Shown: one piece after another, positions 20,135 through 30,200 of the stretch | Layout: every line of letters starts with the position of its first letter | Numbering within the stretch: the first letter of the stretch is position 1 | DNA from: Candidatus Nanohalobium sp. | Lineage (GTDB): Archaea > Nanohalarchaeota > Nanosalinia > Nanosalinales > Nanosalinaceae | Assembly: GCA_042217555.1 (NCBI GenBank) | Contig: JBDGSL010000002.1 | Span: forward strand, 32,001 to 96,000 | Reading direction: 5' to 3' | Length of the DNA: 64,000 bases | The notes under the pieces: model-generated | Seen by the model: only the letters and a program-made list of their open reading frames with translations | Database searches by the model: none | What the model was told of the DNA's origin: nothing | Program-made: the position numbers and the translations under genes

Positions 20135-20461
20135 ATGAACTTCCTGGAGATGGAAGACAAGGATGACCGGGATATAATATACGATGTCTTCGATCTAAAC
20201 GACCTCCAATGCAGCATATTCCAGGAACTACAGGACGACAAGAAGACAGTCCAGGAGATAGCCGAGGAAGTAGACAGAAACCGGTCCACAGTACAGAGAG
20301 CACTGCAGGAGATGATGGACAAAGAACTTCTAATGAGAGAAGGCCGGACGGAAAAAACAGTTTACTACGTCTACACCACTCTACCGATCGAAGAACTCAG
20401 GGAACTTACCTGCGAAGTCGTCGAGACATGGGCCTCCGAAGTAGAAGAAAAACTATCGTAA
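20135..20461 (+). CDS. TrmB-like HTH transcriptional regulator
   Basis: TVQEIAEEVDRNRSTVQRAL HTH. Confidence 0.85.
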   Translation: MNFLEMEDKDDRDIIYDVFDLNDLQCSIFQELQDDKKTVQEIAEEVDRNRSTVQRALQEMMDKELLMREGRTEKTVYYVYTTLPIEELRELTCEVVETWASEVEEKLS

Positions 20462-20474
20462 AAAATTCTTCACC

Positions 20475-20771
20475 TCAGTACTTCCAGAACAGAAAACCCA
20501 GGTACGTCAGTGCAACCAGTTCACTGAAAACCCTGAACAAAGGAGAAAAACTGACGTCAACAACATAGAAAACAGCACCAAGCACTACAAAACCGGTTAA
20601 AACCAGTCTGCTCTCAGTTACAAACAGTTCAGCCAGTCGCTTCCTGGTCAAACCCTTGCCCCTGTAAAGCCGGACCAGAGAATAAACCAGGTAATACTTC
20701 ACAGCCACGGACGCCACCATCCACGTACTGGAAACAACTTCGTAAACCACACCGGTCAACGCCTGGATCAT
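20475..20771 (-). CDS. Small membrane protein
   Basis: Three hydrophobic segments. Confidence 0.6.
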   Translation of the reverse strand: MIQALTGVVYEVVSSTWMVASVAVKYYLVYSLVRLYRGKGLTRKRLAELFVTESRLVLTGFVVLGAVFYVVDVSFSPLFRVFSELVALTYLGFLFWKY

Positions 20772-20879
20772 AAGAAACCCTTAACTCCTACAGACTTAAA
20801 ACCTGACCGGCAGAAAAAAACTGTAGAAAAAGAAAACCGGAACAAAACTTCCAGAAAAGACATACAGAGAACTCAGAGT

Positions 20880-21155
20880 TCACTCCTCGTTCTCCTCAAC
20901 CTCACTCGTCTGGAAATCGTTGATTATAATTATATCATCGATGCTCTGAACCATCCTGTAAGGAATAACAACGTTCTTGGAACCTCCGACCTTCTGAGCA
21001 AGGTAAGAACCTTTCTCCGCACCTACAACTACTGCACGGACAGCAAACTTCCCCAGGTTAAGCTCAACATCCTTAACTTTTCCACAGTAAGACCCGTTAC
21101 TCGTAAAAACATCTTTCTGCTTGATATCCGAGAAATCAAGAATATTCTCCGGCAC
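20880..21155 (-). CDS. PRC-barrel domain protein
   Basis: DVFTSNGSYCGKVKDV...VIPYRMVQSIDDIIII. Confidence 0.88.
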   Translation of the reverse strand: MPENILDFSDIKQKDVFTSNGSYCGKVKDVELNLGKFAVRAVVVGAEKGSYLAQKVGGSKNVVIPYRMVQSIDDIIIINDFQTSEVEENEE

Positions 21156-21278
21156 TTTTTATCACTCCACACACAAACAACAACAGTCAGAAACTTAAAT
21201 ACCTTTCTCCAACCTCTACCCCTATCAGTGCCTGTGAGATTTTAAGTCTTGCCCGACACAAAACATTTACACCTGGAA

Positions 21279-21369
21279 GTCGGGGTGGCAGAGTATGGTC
21301 TAATGCGGTGGCTTGCTAAGCCATTGAGGGCGCAACGCTCTCACCCGGGTTCAAATCCCGGCCCCGGCG
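21279..21369 (+). tRNA. tRNA-Ser (GCT)
   Basis: GTCGGGG/CCCCGGC acceptor stem, GTGGC-TTGCTAA-GCCAT anticodon arm, long variable arm, GGTTCAAATCC T arm; TTTAAG box upstream. Confidence 0.95.
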
Positions 21370-21677
21370 CACTTTAATCTGATATGGCGGCATTTGATGT
21401 AAGAAGCAGCATTTCTGCCTGCTTCGGGTTCAAATCCCTGCCTCCCGGGGCGTTTAGCCGTTCTATTAACAGAACTGTTCGTTAATTTGGCCTTCTTCAA
21501 GTCAGATGGATTTGAAGAGGCGGTGAAGGAAGCTCAATGATATTTTCAAAGGAGAGGCTGATACTGGCCTGGTGCTCTCAAAAGCCTCTAACTACTGACC
21601 AGTATTTCCCTTCCAGTCCCTGAAATTACTGTTCAGTTACTTCTCCGGTTAAATAGCATGAGGCTTCAATCCAGGTT

Positions 21678-22265
21678 ATGAAAGAGATTCGTTCTGACGT
21701 GGAAGGTTTTCGTGAGCCTGGAAAAAACATTGACCCTCTCTTTGTCAACCGGTGGTCGCCCCGTGCACTTGGCAGAGAAATGGAGAAAGAAGACCTTGAG
21801 GCGCTTTTCGAGGCGGCGAGGTGGGCGCCAAGCAGCTATAACAATCAGAGCTGGCGTTTTATCTATGCCACGCATGAAGACGAGGAATGGGAGGACTTCT
21901 GCAATCTTTTAAGCGATTTTAACAGGGAGTGGGCGGAGAAAGGTTACGCTTTGATTGTTATCGTCTCAAAAACTAGTTTTGACCATAACGGCGAGTTTTC
22001 CAGGACGCACAGCTTCGACGTTGGCGCGGCCTGGGAGAACCTGGCGTTAGAGGCCGCGAGAAGAGACCTGATCGCCCATGGAATGCAGGGATTTGACTAC
22101 GAAGAAGCTGAGGAAGAACTCGGCGTGCCGGAAGGGTTTGAGGTTGAGGCTATGGTTGCCGTCGGAAGCAAAGAAGACGAATCCAAACTGGACGAGGACT
22201 TCCGGGTAGAGCCAAACGGCAGAAAAGACCTAGATGAAATCGTATTCCAGGGAAGCTTCCCGTAA
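21678..22265 (+). CDS. Nitroreductase family protein
   Basis: RWSPR and AARWAPSSYNNQSWRF motifs. Confidence 0.93.
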   Translation: MKEIRSDVEGFREPGKNIDPLFVNRWSPRALGREMEKEDLEALFEAARWAPSSYNNQSWRFIYATHEDEEWEDFCNLLSDFNREWAEKGYALIVIVSKTSFDHNGEFSRTHSFDVGAAWENLALEAARRDLIAHGMQGFDYEEAEEELGVPEGFEVEAMVAVGSKEDESKLDEDFRVEPNGRKDLDEIVFQGSFP

Positions 22266-22326
22266 CCTTCTCTTCTCCTTTCCGCTCTTTTTCTTAGGTT
22301 TCCAACGCAGATGAAGTCATTTCAGT

Positions 22327-22770
22327 CTATTTTTTGACGTTTGCTACGTCTCCCAGTGTTGCTTTTCTGGAGTCGCTGTCTGAGGTGTCGTCGTAGTTGG
22401 TTACTTCGGGGTTGACGTAGAGTGTGATGTCGAGTTCTTTGGAGAGTTTGCCTGCAAGGCTTTTGTCTGGTTTGAGTTCTTCTCTCTCCACTTTCTTTAT
22501 TACTGATGTTTTTTCATTGAGTGAGTCGGCGAGTTCCTTGATGGATAGTTCTCTGTCTTCTCTTGCGTTTCTAACCCTGCTGCCGTAGTCGTTGGCCAGG
22601 GTCTTGCTTTTATTGTTTCTTCTCTTTTTCCTCTTCTTTTTCTTTCTGGACTTGGTGTCTATCTTTTCTCCCATTTCTGCGCAGGAGTCACATACCTGCA
22701 TCACTGCTCCTTCGATTTTAGCCTTTGTAGTTGATTCAACTTCTTCTCCGCATAGCTGGCATTTAGGCAT
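22327..22770 (-). CDS. Multiprotein bridging factor aMBF1
   Basis: CQLCG...VCDSC zinc ribbon plus Cro-like HTH; TLGDV tail. Confidence 0.92.
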   Translation of the reverse strand: MPKCQLCGEEVESTTKAKIEGAVMQVCDSCAEMGEKIDTKSRKKKKRKKRRNNKSKTLANDYGSRVRNAREDRELSIKELADSLNEKTSVIKKVEREELKPDKSLAGKLSKELDITLYVNPEVTNYDDTSDSDSRKATLGDVANVKK

Positions 22771-22857
22771 TATGTCTCACAGTCATTTCGGAATTCTTTT
22801 GGTGGTAGTTTTTTCTCCTCTACTTTAAACAGGGTTTTCACAAGTTTAATAATCTGA

Positions 22858-23337
22858 TCAATTTTTCACCCTGGAAACCAGTAAGCCGTAAACTACGCCG
22901 CTTACAGCCACGAAGAGGAAGAAGGCACCTGCAGCCAGCAACAGGTTTTCCGGGCCTGAACTGCTGGAGGCTGCATCCATGGCGGTGAAACCGGTCTTCT
23001 CTTTCTCTTTCACTGCACCTGCCAGGAAAGCAGAACCGATCCAGCCGGTTGAAAGACTTGAAAGTATGGAGAACTTTACCTTCCGGCTTCTACCCTCAAG
23101 TATTGCTTCTGTCTTTTCCGTAGGGTGGTAGACCACTCTCCTCCTCCCCTCTTCCGAGTCTTTCTCCAGTAGTTCTGCCTCACACAGCTGCTGGAGATGT
23201 GAGGACACGGTCGACTTGCTCCTACCCACCTTCTCACTCAGGTCTGTAGGAGTCATTTCACCGTCTATAGTTTCGTTAAGTATCTCTATACGCTTGGGAG
23301 AGGAAAGAGCCTTCACTGTTTTGAAGTCAAGTTCCAT
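22858..23337 (-). CDS. ArsR-like wHTH regulator with C-terminal TM segments
   Basis: KALSSPKRIEIL...SKSTVSSHL; hydrophobic C-terminus. Confidence 0.85.
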   Translation of the reverse strand: MELDFKTVKALSSPKRIEILNETIDGEMTPTDLSEKVGRSKSTVSSHLQQLCEAELLEKDSEEGRRRVVYHPTEKTEAILEGRSRKVKFSILSSLSTGWIGSAFLAGAVKEKEKTGFTAMDAASSSSGPENLLLAAGAFFLFVAVSGVVYGLLVSRVKN

Positions 23338-23517
23338 AACCTGTTTTCCAGCACTGGATATTTTTAAACTCTCCTTTATTTTGTTCGATAGAAATCAAAC
23401 TATCTGGCAGAAGGAGGCCAAAAACAGGGTTGAAAAGGTGTTTTGAACCAGGTTTTGACGGTGAAACCCCAGTACCTATAAAAAAGAGGCCTGACAATAC
23501 GTTTTTGGTGAATTAAC

Positions 23518-23685
23518 ATGGTAGACGTACTTAAGAAGTCTGGAGTCCGTGACGCAGCTGACGGCGTCAACGTCGGAAGCGATTTCTATGATGCACTCGA
23601 CGAGAGAGTAAAGGAAATGGTAGAAAGAGCAGTCGAGAGAGCACAGGATAACGGACGAAAGACCGTCAAGGCAAGAGACGTTTAA
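23518..23685 (+). CDS. Small histone-fold protein, 55 aa
   Basis: MVDVLKKSGVRDAADGVNVGSDFYDALDERVKEMVERAVERAQDNGRKTVKARDV; RKTV..RD motif; GGTGA SD, TATAAAA box near 23477, T-tract after stop. Confidence 0.9.
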   Translation: MVDVLKKSGVRDAADGVNVGSDFYDALDERVKEMVERAVERAQDNGRKTVKARDV

Positions 23686-23753
23686 AAACGTCTTTTTTAT
23701 CCTGTATTCTTCATTTTAACTTCTCTTTTTACTCTTGTTTTTCCCGTAAGGGT

Positions 23754-23969
23754 TTAGAATTCTTCCCGGTGTCTGTTCTTCTCCTCAAGCATCTCTTCTA
23801 TCCTGTCAAGTGCGTTCCTAAGTTCTTCAACTGTTTCAAGGTCTTCTACCGGCAGTCTTCCAAGCCCGCCGTCGTTTATCTCTATAACTGCTTTTCCATC
23901 TCTTTCCTCTACTGTAAAGTCAAGGACGCTGTAGGGTCCTTCGCTGAATTCATAGAGTATCTCGGACAT
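23754..23969 (-). CDS. Hypothetical acidic protein
   Basis: ORF from MSEILYEF with host-like composition. Confidence 0.6.
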   Translation of the reverse strand: MSEILYEFSEGPYSVLDFTVEERDGKAVIEINDGGLGRLPVEDLETVEELRNALDRIEEMLEEKNRHREEF

Positions 23970-24008
23970 AAGAAGTAGTGACGTGGAGAAGGTTAAATCA
24001 GTTTCCAC

Positions 24009-25109
24009 TCACTTGCAGATCTCGCCGATGTCTGTCCGGGCCTCAGGGACAAACTTGGTTCCAAGAACAGTATTATTGGATTCGACAAAGCTTTCAGCTC
24101 CTATAAGCGATTCTCTTATAACTGTACCGGGCTTGACGTCACAGTCCTCGGCTATAACAGCGTCTTCAACCGCTGTAAAGGCATCCAGTATGTTTCCGTG
24201 GAACAGGAGGCTGTCCTGCACGCTGCACTGATCTAACTGTGTCTGGCCCATCACTGTAGAATCCTTTACAACTGTCCCTGACTTTATACGGCATCCGTCT
24301 CCTATGTAACACCTGCCCTTGATACATGCACCGGGTTCCACAACTGCTTCCTGGCCTATAACTACTTCACCTTCTATAAATGCTTCTTCACTGACTTCTG
24401 CAGTCTCGTGTATACTGGTGCTGTCTATCGAAGAGTTTCTCTTCACTCTGTCAGCTTCCCAGAGCTTTTCCCCTGAGCCTATATCTATCCAGTAGTCTTC
24501 AGCTATCACGAAGTAAGCTCCATCTTCTTCTGCCATCTTCTGCACTGCGTCAGTTATGCTTTTCTGGTCTTCCTCAAGATCTTCTATCCTGTCGAAGATA
24601 CGGGAGGTGAAAGCATAGATACCGGTGTTTATCAACGGGTTCTCAGGTTCCTCAGGCTTCTCCTCTATCGACTTAACCTCGTCGTTCTCAATGCTGAGCA
24701 CTCCAAACTTCTCCGGTCGGTTCTCATACGTCGCCAGCATACTGGCTCTTCCCGTCTCCCGAAACTTGTCGATCAACCGGTTCAGATCCTGTCCCGAAGC
24801 GATAACGTCTCCGTTTACAACTATGAAGTCGTCCTCGATGAAGTTACAGGTCTTGACCGCAGAGGCCGTTCCCTCAAGGTTTTCCTGGTGCACAATGTTC
24901 ACATCGGTCCGTTCACCGAACTCGGTTTCAAACAACTCTTCAAGGTGATTGGTCACGAGATAGACTTCGTCGATACCGTTATCCCTTAACGCCTCTATAA
25001 CATGTTTTACAACTGCTTTACCTGCTACAGGCATCAGAGGGGTCGGCAGGGTTTCGGAAAATGGAAACATACCTTCTTTCTTCCTGGCACAAGGGATAAC
25101 AGCTTTCAC
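24009..25109 (-). CDS. Sugar-phosphate nucleotidyltransferase with left-handed beta-helix (GlmU-like)
   Basis: MKAVIP...PLMPVAGK, VVNGD, EEKP, hexapeptide repeats. Confidence 0.88.
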   Translation of the reverse strand: MKAVIPCARKKEGMFPFSETLPTPLMPVAGKAVVKHVIEALRDNGIDEVYLVTNHLEELFETEFGERTDVNIVHQENLEGTASAVKTCNFIEDDFIVVNGDVIASGQDLNRLIDKFRETGRASMLATYENRPEKFGVLSIENDEVKSIEEKPEEPENPLINTGIYAFTSRIFDRIEDLEEDQKSITDAVQKMAEEDGAYFVIAEDYWIDIGSGEKLWEADRVKRNSSIDSTSIHETAEVSEEAFIEGEVVIGQEAVVEPGACIKGRCYIGDGCRIKSGTVVKDSTVMGQTQLDQCSVQDSLLFHGNILDAFTAVEDAVIAEDCDVKPGTVIRESLIGAESFVESNNTVLGTKFVPEARTDIGEICK

Positions 25110-26350
25110 CTGGCAACACCACTGTTATCCGGACTGTCTGAAATCTTTTTATCATCTACGAAGGAACGAATCCTCTCACTTGCGTCGTCTACGGCCTCGA
25201 AAACATCGCCGCTGTAACCTGATTCCTGTATATCGAACAGGCCGTCCATAAACCTCTCCACTTCTTCGGCGTCAACTTCTCTGCTCTCTACGCCTGCAGC
25301 TTCCAGAACTGACTTCTCAAGAACCCTGTAGAGCTGGCCACGTAGAAGAGAAGGAGTACTTAACTCTTCTCTGTCCTCCATATCGTAAAGCCGGTTGTTC
25401 ATCAGGTCGCCTATCAACGTTCTGGAACCTTCGATACGGAAGAAACGGCACTCAACATCCCGGAAACCTTTGCCCCCCAGCTCTCTGTAACCAGCACGGA
25501 ACAGATCACTGCCGAACAACTCGTTAACCCTGCTTGAAAGCAGCCCCGCACGTTCACTCAAGCCCATCCAGGAACCATACATATCGACACAGGTCTCCCC
25601 GCTGCTGAAAACACCTTTACACTTTCCAACTGCCGAACAGTCCGAAACACTTCTTGAACTGCTTCCATCAGTCTCCAGCAGTCTCTCACCTCCAAGATTC
25701 TTTGGCACAAGGTACTCTATGTCTGCCTCCGTGAAACTGAACTCTTCAGACTCCAGGAAATCCATTACATAGATGCAGCTGGAAAGCCTGTCCAGAACAC
25801 ATCCTCCACGCACATGTGAAAACCTGACAGGCTGCAAGACTTTCTGAACGCCGAAAGAGGACTCGCTGAAAACCTCGACCTGTTCAACGGTTTCATCTTC
25901 CAGCAACTCCCTGGTCTTCATAACCACAGGGTTCTCCCTCTCCAGAGAATCAACCTTGTAGCTGACCGGGCTGCTGGCCGCCAGTTTCCTCTCAGAGACA
26001 TGCTCATCTCGTGTAACCGACGGCGGCTTCTCCGTCAAGTGGTGGAACCCATGTGTCAGCGACTCCGATATATTCCTGCTGTGAAGATGCGGAGGCCCTG
26101 CATCATAGATCAAAACCGTTCCATCAACCTCTTCTGCCGCAGAATACAGGTCATCTAACCTGTCAAACACCTCGATATCCCTGCCAAGACATTCCGCAAA
26201 CCTCTCAACACGTTCCTCGACATCAAAATCCCTGCAGTGAACACCTTCAAAACTTACATCAGCAGGGAAAAACTCCTCGAAATCCAGAAAGTACTCGAAA
26301 CCTTTCCTGCCTACATCCCGACAGCCGGTCTGAAATATATGAACTGCCAC
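25106..26350 (-). CDS. Gfo/Idh/MocA-like oxidoreductase, divergent
   Basis: PPHLH...LTEKPP...ERENPVV...GGCVLD. Confidence 0.55.
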   Translation of the reverse strand: MAVHIFQTGCRDVGRKGFEYFLDFEEFFPADVSFEGVHCRDFDVEERVERFAECLGRDIEVFDRLDDLYSAAEEVDGTVLIYDAGPPHLHSRNISESLTHGFHHLTEKPPSVTRDEHVSERKLAASSPVSYKVDSLERENPVVMKTRELLEDETVEQVEVFSESSFGVQKVLQPVRFSHVRGGCVLDRLSSCIYVMDFLESEEFSFTEADIEYLVPKNLGGERLLETDGSSSRSVSDCSAVGKCKGVFSSGETCVDMYGSWMGLSERAGLLSSRVNELFGSDLFRAGYRELGGKGFRDVECRFFRIEGSRTLIGDLMNNRLYDMEDREELSTPSLLRGQLYRVLEKSVLEAAGVESREVDAEEVERFMDGLFDIQESGYSGDVFEAVDDASERIRSFVDDKKISDSPDNSGVAR

Positions 26351-26454
26351 ACCAACAAGTTCTATCCCTCCGGATTTAACTCTTTGGTGAGGAGTCTCCT
26401 TGAGGAAGTCACAATCTCCACCAGGATAAAAAACTTGAGAGCTGTTACTATCTC

Positions 26455-26895
26455 ATGGTTAGGATGGGTGCGAGAGTTCCAGAGAAGCTCAAGCAGTACG
26501 TGAAGGAGACCGTAGAGGAAGACGTCTTTGATAATGAATCCGAGTTCCTCCGTTTTGCCATCCAGGACACCCTGAAGAGGTATCAGGATGATTTAGGTGT
26601 TGATGACAAGGATGTTTTTGACTCAGATTATCATGTGAAAAAAGAACTGCTTGAAGAAGCAGATGAAGAATTTTATGAAGATGTACGTGAAGTTCTTGAG
26701 CCTTCAGGTAGTGGAGAGGTGAGAACTGCTGTAGATATGATCTATGGAGGGTATATCATGGAGAATGAAAGGATGGTGGAGGAAGGGGTTTACCGCCTAG
26801 CTTCACAGATCGATTCTGATATAGAGGAACAGGACTCTGATATATGTGAGTACGTTGAAACTGCCTTGGATGATGTGCGTAAGAGGCTGGAGTAA
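26455..26895 (+). CDS. RHH-domain protein
   Basis: RVPEKLKQYV...FDNESEFLRFAI. Confidence 0.7.
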   Translation: MVRMGARVPEKLKQYVKETVEEDVFDNESEFLRFAIQDTLKRYQDDLGVDDKDVFDSDYHVKKELLEEADEEFYEDVREVLEPSGSGEVRTAVDMIYGGYIMENERMVEEGVYRLASQIDSDIEEQDSDICEYVETALDDVRKRLE

Positions 26896-26979
26896 TTCCT
26901 TATTTAAAATTTTATCCGGCTTTTTTCTCCTACGAGGTATCAAAAAGTTATGATTGGAAATGTAGGAGGCGGTTTTTGA

Positions 26980-27501
26980 ATGGGAGATAGACCTGCAAGT
27001 ATCTACAGGGAGCAGCCGAATCAGCCGTATACCCGGCAGAGTCAGAAGAAGAGCGACAACTTCATCAAGGGGGCGCCGGCTCCAAGGATCACCCAGTACG
27101 AACAGGGTGCGAAGGATGAAGAGTTCGGTAAAACAGTGAAGATGATTGTTGAGGAGGACTGTTCTATCCGTTCCGAAGCCCTGGAAGCAGGAAGGGTAGC
27201 TATAAACTCATACCTGTCAAAGGAACTGGATCCGGAGGAGGATTACTTCTTCAAGATACTACCTTACCCTCACCATGTGCTGCGTTACCACCCGCTGGCC
27301 GGAGTAGCTCAGGCAGACCGTTACTACGAAGGAATGCGCAAACCTTTCGGACGTCCTATCGGACGTGCAGCTATCATAGACAACGGTCAGAAAGTCTACG
27401 AGGTTTACGTGGATGAAGGCGATGTTCAGGAGGCAAGGAAGGCCCTGGAACGTGCCAACCACAAGATGCCTGTGAAATGCAGGGTTAAACTTGAGCAGTA
27501 A
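26980..27501 (+). CDS. rpl10e: 50S ribosomal protein uL16 (L10e)
   Basis: RPASIYR, EALEAGRV, YPHHVLR, ADRYYEGMRKPFGRPIG. Confidence 0.96.
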   Translation: MGDRPASIYREQPNQPYTRQSQKKSDNFIKGAPAPRITQYEQGAKDEEFGKTVKMIVEEDCSIRSEALEAGRVAINSYLSKELDPEEDYFFKILPYPHHVLRYHPLAGVAQADRYYEGMRKPFGRPIGRAAIIDNGQKVYEVYVDEGDVQEARKALERANHKMPVKCRVKLEQ

Positions 27502-27575
27502 ACACTGCTTCTACCCACTTTCTCCCTGTCTTCACTCCATCAGTTATTAATTCTCTGAGTGTCCAAACTGTTTCC

Positions 27576-28988
27576 ATGGTTCAGTGGAAGGGAAGTATCG
27601 AAAGATCTGAGGTTGGTGACAAGGCGGTCAAACTGGATTCAGTGGAAGGCCTTGACGTACCTAACTTTTTCGTCCTCACACGGTCGGAGGTAGACAGTTT
27701 TGTAGACTCTGAAGATCCGAGAAGAGTGGCTAACGTAAACATCCCTGACGAGGTCATGGAGGAAGTAAGAGATGCGTACGGAGATATAGGCATGAGTTCA
27801 GAGGTCAGAAATGCTTCAGGAGAGGCACGTAACCTTGTAGGCAACCAGAGGGAAAGCCAGAGAGTCTCGGTCCGGATCGCATCTACAGCCAACAGAGCAG
27901 AATACAGTTTAAACATCGGGGCTTCAGGCCTTGAAGAGGCTTTAAGAACTGTTCTAAGCTCTTACTATCGACATAACTCCAATACTCCGTCCGTAATATT
28001 CCAGAAGATGATAGAGCCTGAGTACACCGGAGCAGTAGTAAAGGACTACACCCGGCGTCACACTCTTGTAGAACTGGTTGAAGGCCTGGGCCATTCCCTG
28101 GAAGAAGGAACTACCGTGCCCGAGTTCTACCTGGAAAGAAACGGCTCTGTCACCGACAGAAGAGTACCGGAAAAACAGGTGAAGATCTCACGCAACCCGA
28201 TGAACGGCAACAGAAGAACAAGAAAGATCTCAAAAGACGGCCAATCATTTAAAGACAGCAAAATAGAGAGTATAACGCGGAAAGCATCCCGTGAAGACCT
28301 ATCTCTCAAGTTCGCATACAAGAGAGGAACTTTCTACATAGTCGACGCCTTCAGAACACGTCCACTCAACACAGAGCCCGACCTGGAAGCACTGAAGGTC
28401 TCACAGGGAGAGATAGAAGGCAGAGAAGGAGAAGATTACAGGATAGTTGACGAACCAGAGGAAACAGAAAAACCTTTCATCTCACGTAAAGGAGGATTCA
28501 CCTCCACAGCATCCCAGATCAAACGCATGGAAAACACTCCGGCCGTTGTATCACTTCTCAACAGAGAAAAGATACAGGGACAGGAAGTACAGGAACAAAA
28601 AGAACAGACAATGGACAAAAAAAGACAGGAAGACATGGGAGTACAGAGCGTGGCCGCAACAAAAGTCAGAGACAGGAAACAGTTCCCACAGCTCTCCGAC
28701 AACCCTTTCGGCAGGAGAGAAGAACCGGCCAAAACCTGCGAAGAACTTCTCGTGGACAGACCCGAGATACTGGACGCGTCAGAGATAGATCCGGAGGCAC
28801 TGAATACCTGCCTGGAACACGTCAAGCCACGTGTAATAGCATCTGACCGGCCATCAGAACAGCTAATACAGTCAATAGTTGAACACGGCATACCTGTCCT
28901 TGCCGTTCCCGGGGAAGAAGTTGACAGAGCCAGGAAAGAAGTGATGAGATGGGAGAAAAGATTCATGATGGATAAACTCAGGGACTAA
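27576..28988 (+). CDS. Degenerate PEP-synthase-like protein (PEP/pyruvate-binding domain)
   Basis: VGDKA, VPNFFV, QKMIEPEYTG, VEGLGHSLEEG; truncated; phospho-His motif altered. Confidence 0.7.
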   Translation: MVQWKGSIERSEVGDKAVKLDSVEGLDVPNFFVLTRSEVDSFVDSEDPRRVANVNIPDEVMEEVRDAYGDIGMSSEVRNASGEARNLVGNQRESQRVSVRIASTANRAEYSLNIGASGLEEALRTVLSSYYRHNSNTPSVIFQKMIEPEYTGAVVKDYTRRHTLVELVEGLGHSLEEGTTVPEFYLERNGSVTDRRVPEKQVKISRNPMNGNRRTRKISKDGQSFKDSKIESITRKASREDLSLKFAYKRGTFYIVDAFRTRPLNTEPDLEALKVSQGEIEGREGEDYRIVDEPEETEKPFISRKGGFTSTASQIKRMENTPAVVSLLNREKIQGQEVQEQKEQTMDKKRQEDMGVQSVAATKVRDRKQFPQLSDNPFGRREEPAKTCEELLVDRPEILDASEIDPEALNTCLEHVKPRVIASDRPSEQLIQSIVEHGIPVLAVPGEEVDRARKEVMRWEKRFMMDKLRD

Positions 28989-29014
28989 AAAGAATTCCTG
29001 AGTCATCAAAATCC

Positions 29015-30013
29015 ATGACACAACAGGAAACCCGGGACACGTGGAACTACGAAGAGTTCGACGAAGTCCTCGAAGAGATAAAAGACAAAGACTACGAAAC
29101 CATTGGTCTTCAGGGCCCTGACGGTATCAAGCCGCAGATAGTTGACTATGCGGACCAGCTGGAAGAACACGGTTTTGACACGGTTATAATAGGAGCCTCC
29201 ACGTTTGGAGCTTGCGGTATCGCCGATGAAAAAGCTGAGAGAATGGGTGCAGATGCTCTGATACATGTAGGACATACCAGGTTTCTGCATCCGGAAGGAA
29301 AGGACATGGACGACCTGAACGTCTACTACCTTCCGTACAGAGAGGACAGAGACCTGATGAGTGTTCTGAAAGAGCACTATGAGGAGATCGAGGCAGACAC
29401 TGTCGGTCTTGTAGGTGTGACGCAGTACATGGACCGTGCGGAGAAGGCTCGCGAGTTCCTGGAAGACAAGGGATATGATGTGGTCGAGGGTAAGACCGGT
29501 CTCAGGACGACCGAGCCTGGGCAGGTGCTCGGTTGTGACGCCGGGGCCGCACACAACATCGCTGAGAAAGTCGACGCGTTCGTCTTCTTAGGTTCAGGGC
29601 ACTTCCATCCTTCGCAGGTTTCCGAGACCGGGAAGAAGGTTTACGTGGTGGATCCTTACGAGGAGCATATCTGGGTTGAACCTGCTAACAGTCTTGGAGA
29701 CGAGAAACAGGCTGAGCACGCACGTGTCATCAAGCACAAGGACAAGAAGAAGTGGGGTATCGTCACCTCGAGCAAGAAAGGACAGAACTACATGAGAGCA
29801 GTCCAGATAGCCAAGGAAAAACTGGAGAGGCACGGTAAAGACGTGTACGTCTTCGTCGAGGACCGTATCTTCGAGTCGGATTACAAAGGCTACGGTATTG
29901 ACATCTACGTCAACTGTGCCTGCCCAAGAATGACCAAGGACTGGCAGGACCTTTCTTTCGTCTCTCCCGGCGCACTGGACGTCCTGGACGAGGTAGAGAT
30001 AGAACACGGATAG
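29015..30013 (+). CDS. dph2: Diphthamide biosynthesis enzyme Dph2
   Basis: GLQGPDG, FGACGI, GQVLGCD, ACPR (three Fe-S cysteines). Confidence 0.93.
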   Translation: MTQQETRDTWNYEEFDEVLEEIKDKDYETIGLQGPDGIKPQIVDYADQLEEHGFDTVIIGASTFGACGIADEKAERMGADALIHVGHTRFLHPEGKDMDDLNVYYLPYREDRDLMSVLKEHYEEIEADTVGLVGVTQYMDRAEKAREFLEDKGYDVVEGKTGLRTTEPGQVLGCDAGAAHNIAEKVDAFVFLGSGHFHPSQVSETGKKVYVVDPYEEHIWVEPANSLGDEKQAEHARVIKHKDKKKWGIVTSSKKGQNYMRAVQIAKEKLERHGKDVYVFVEDRIFESDYKGYGIDIYVNCACPRMTKDWQDLSFVSPGALDVLDEVEIEHG

Positions 30014-30200
30014 ATATTCTGGTACAATAGCCTGTAGGACATGGTTTTTCTGGATGGAAACCTTGTACCGGTGTGGAATGTCAAGAGCTACTTGAAACCG
30101 GTTTTTCCCTGCTGTTTCCCAGCTCTCGGCTTTTTCCTATAGTTGCTGCGCTCTCGGCCGGATTATTCTGCTAAGTATGACGATAGTGCAGAACAGATGA

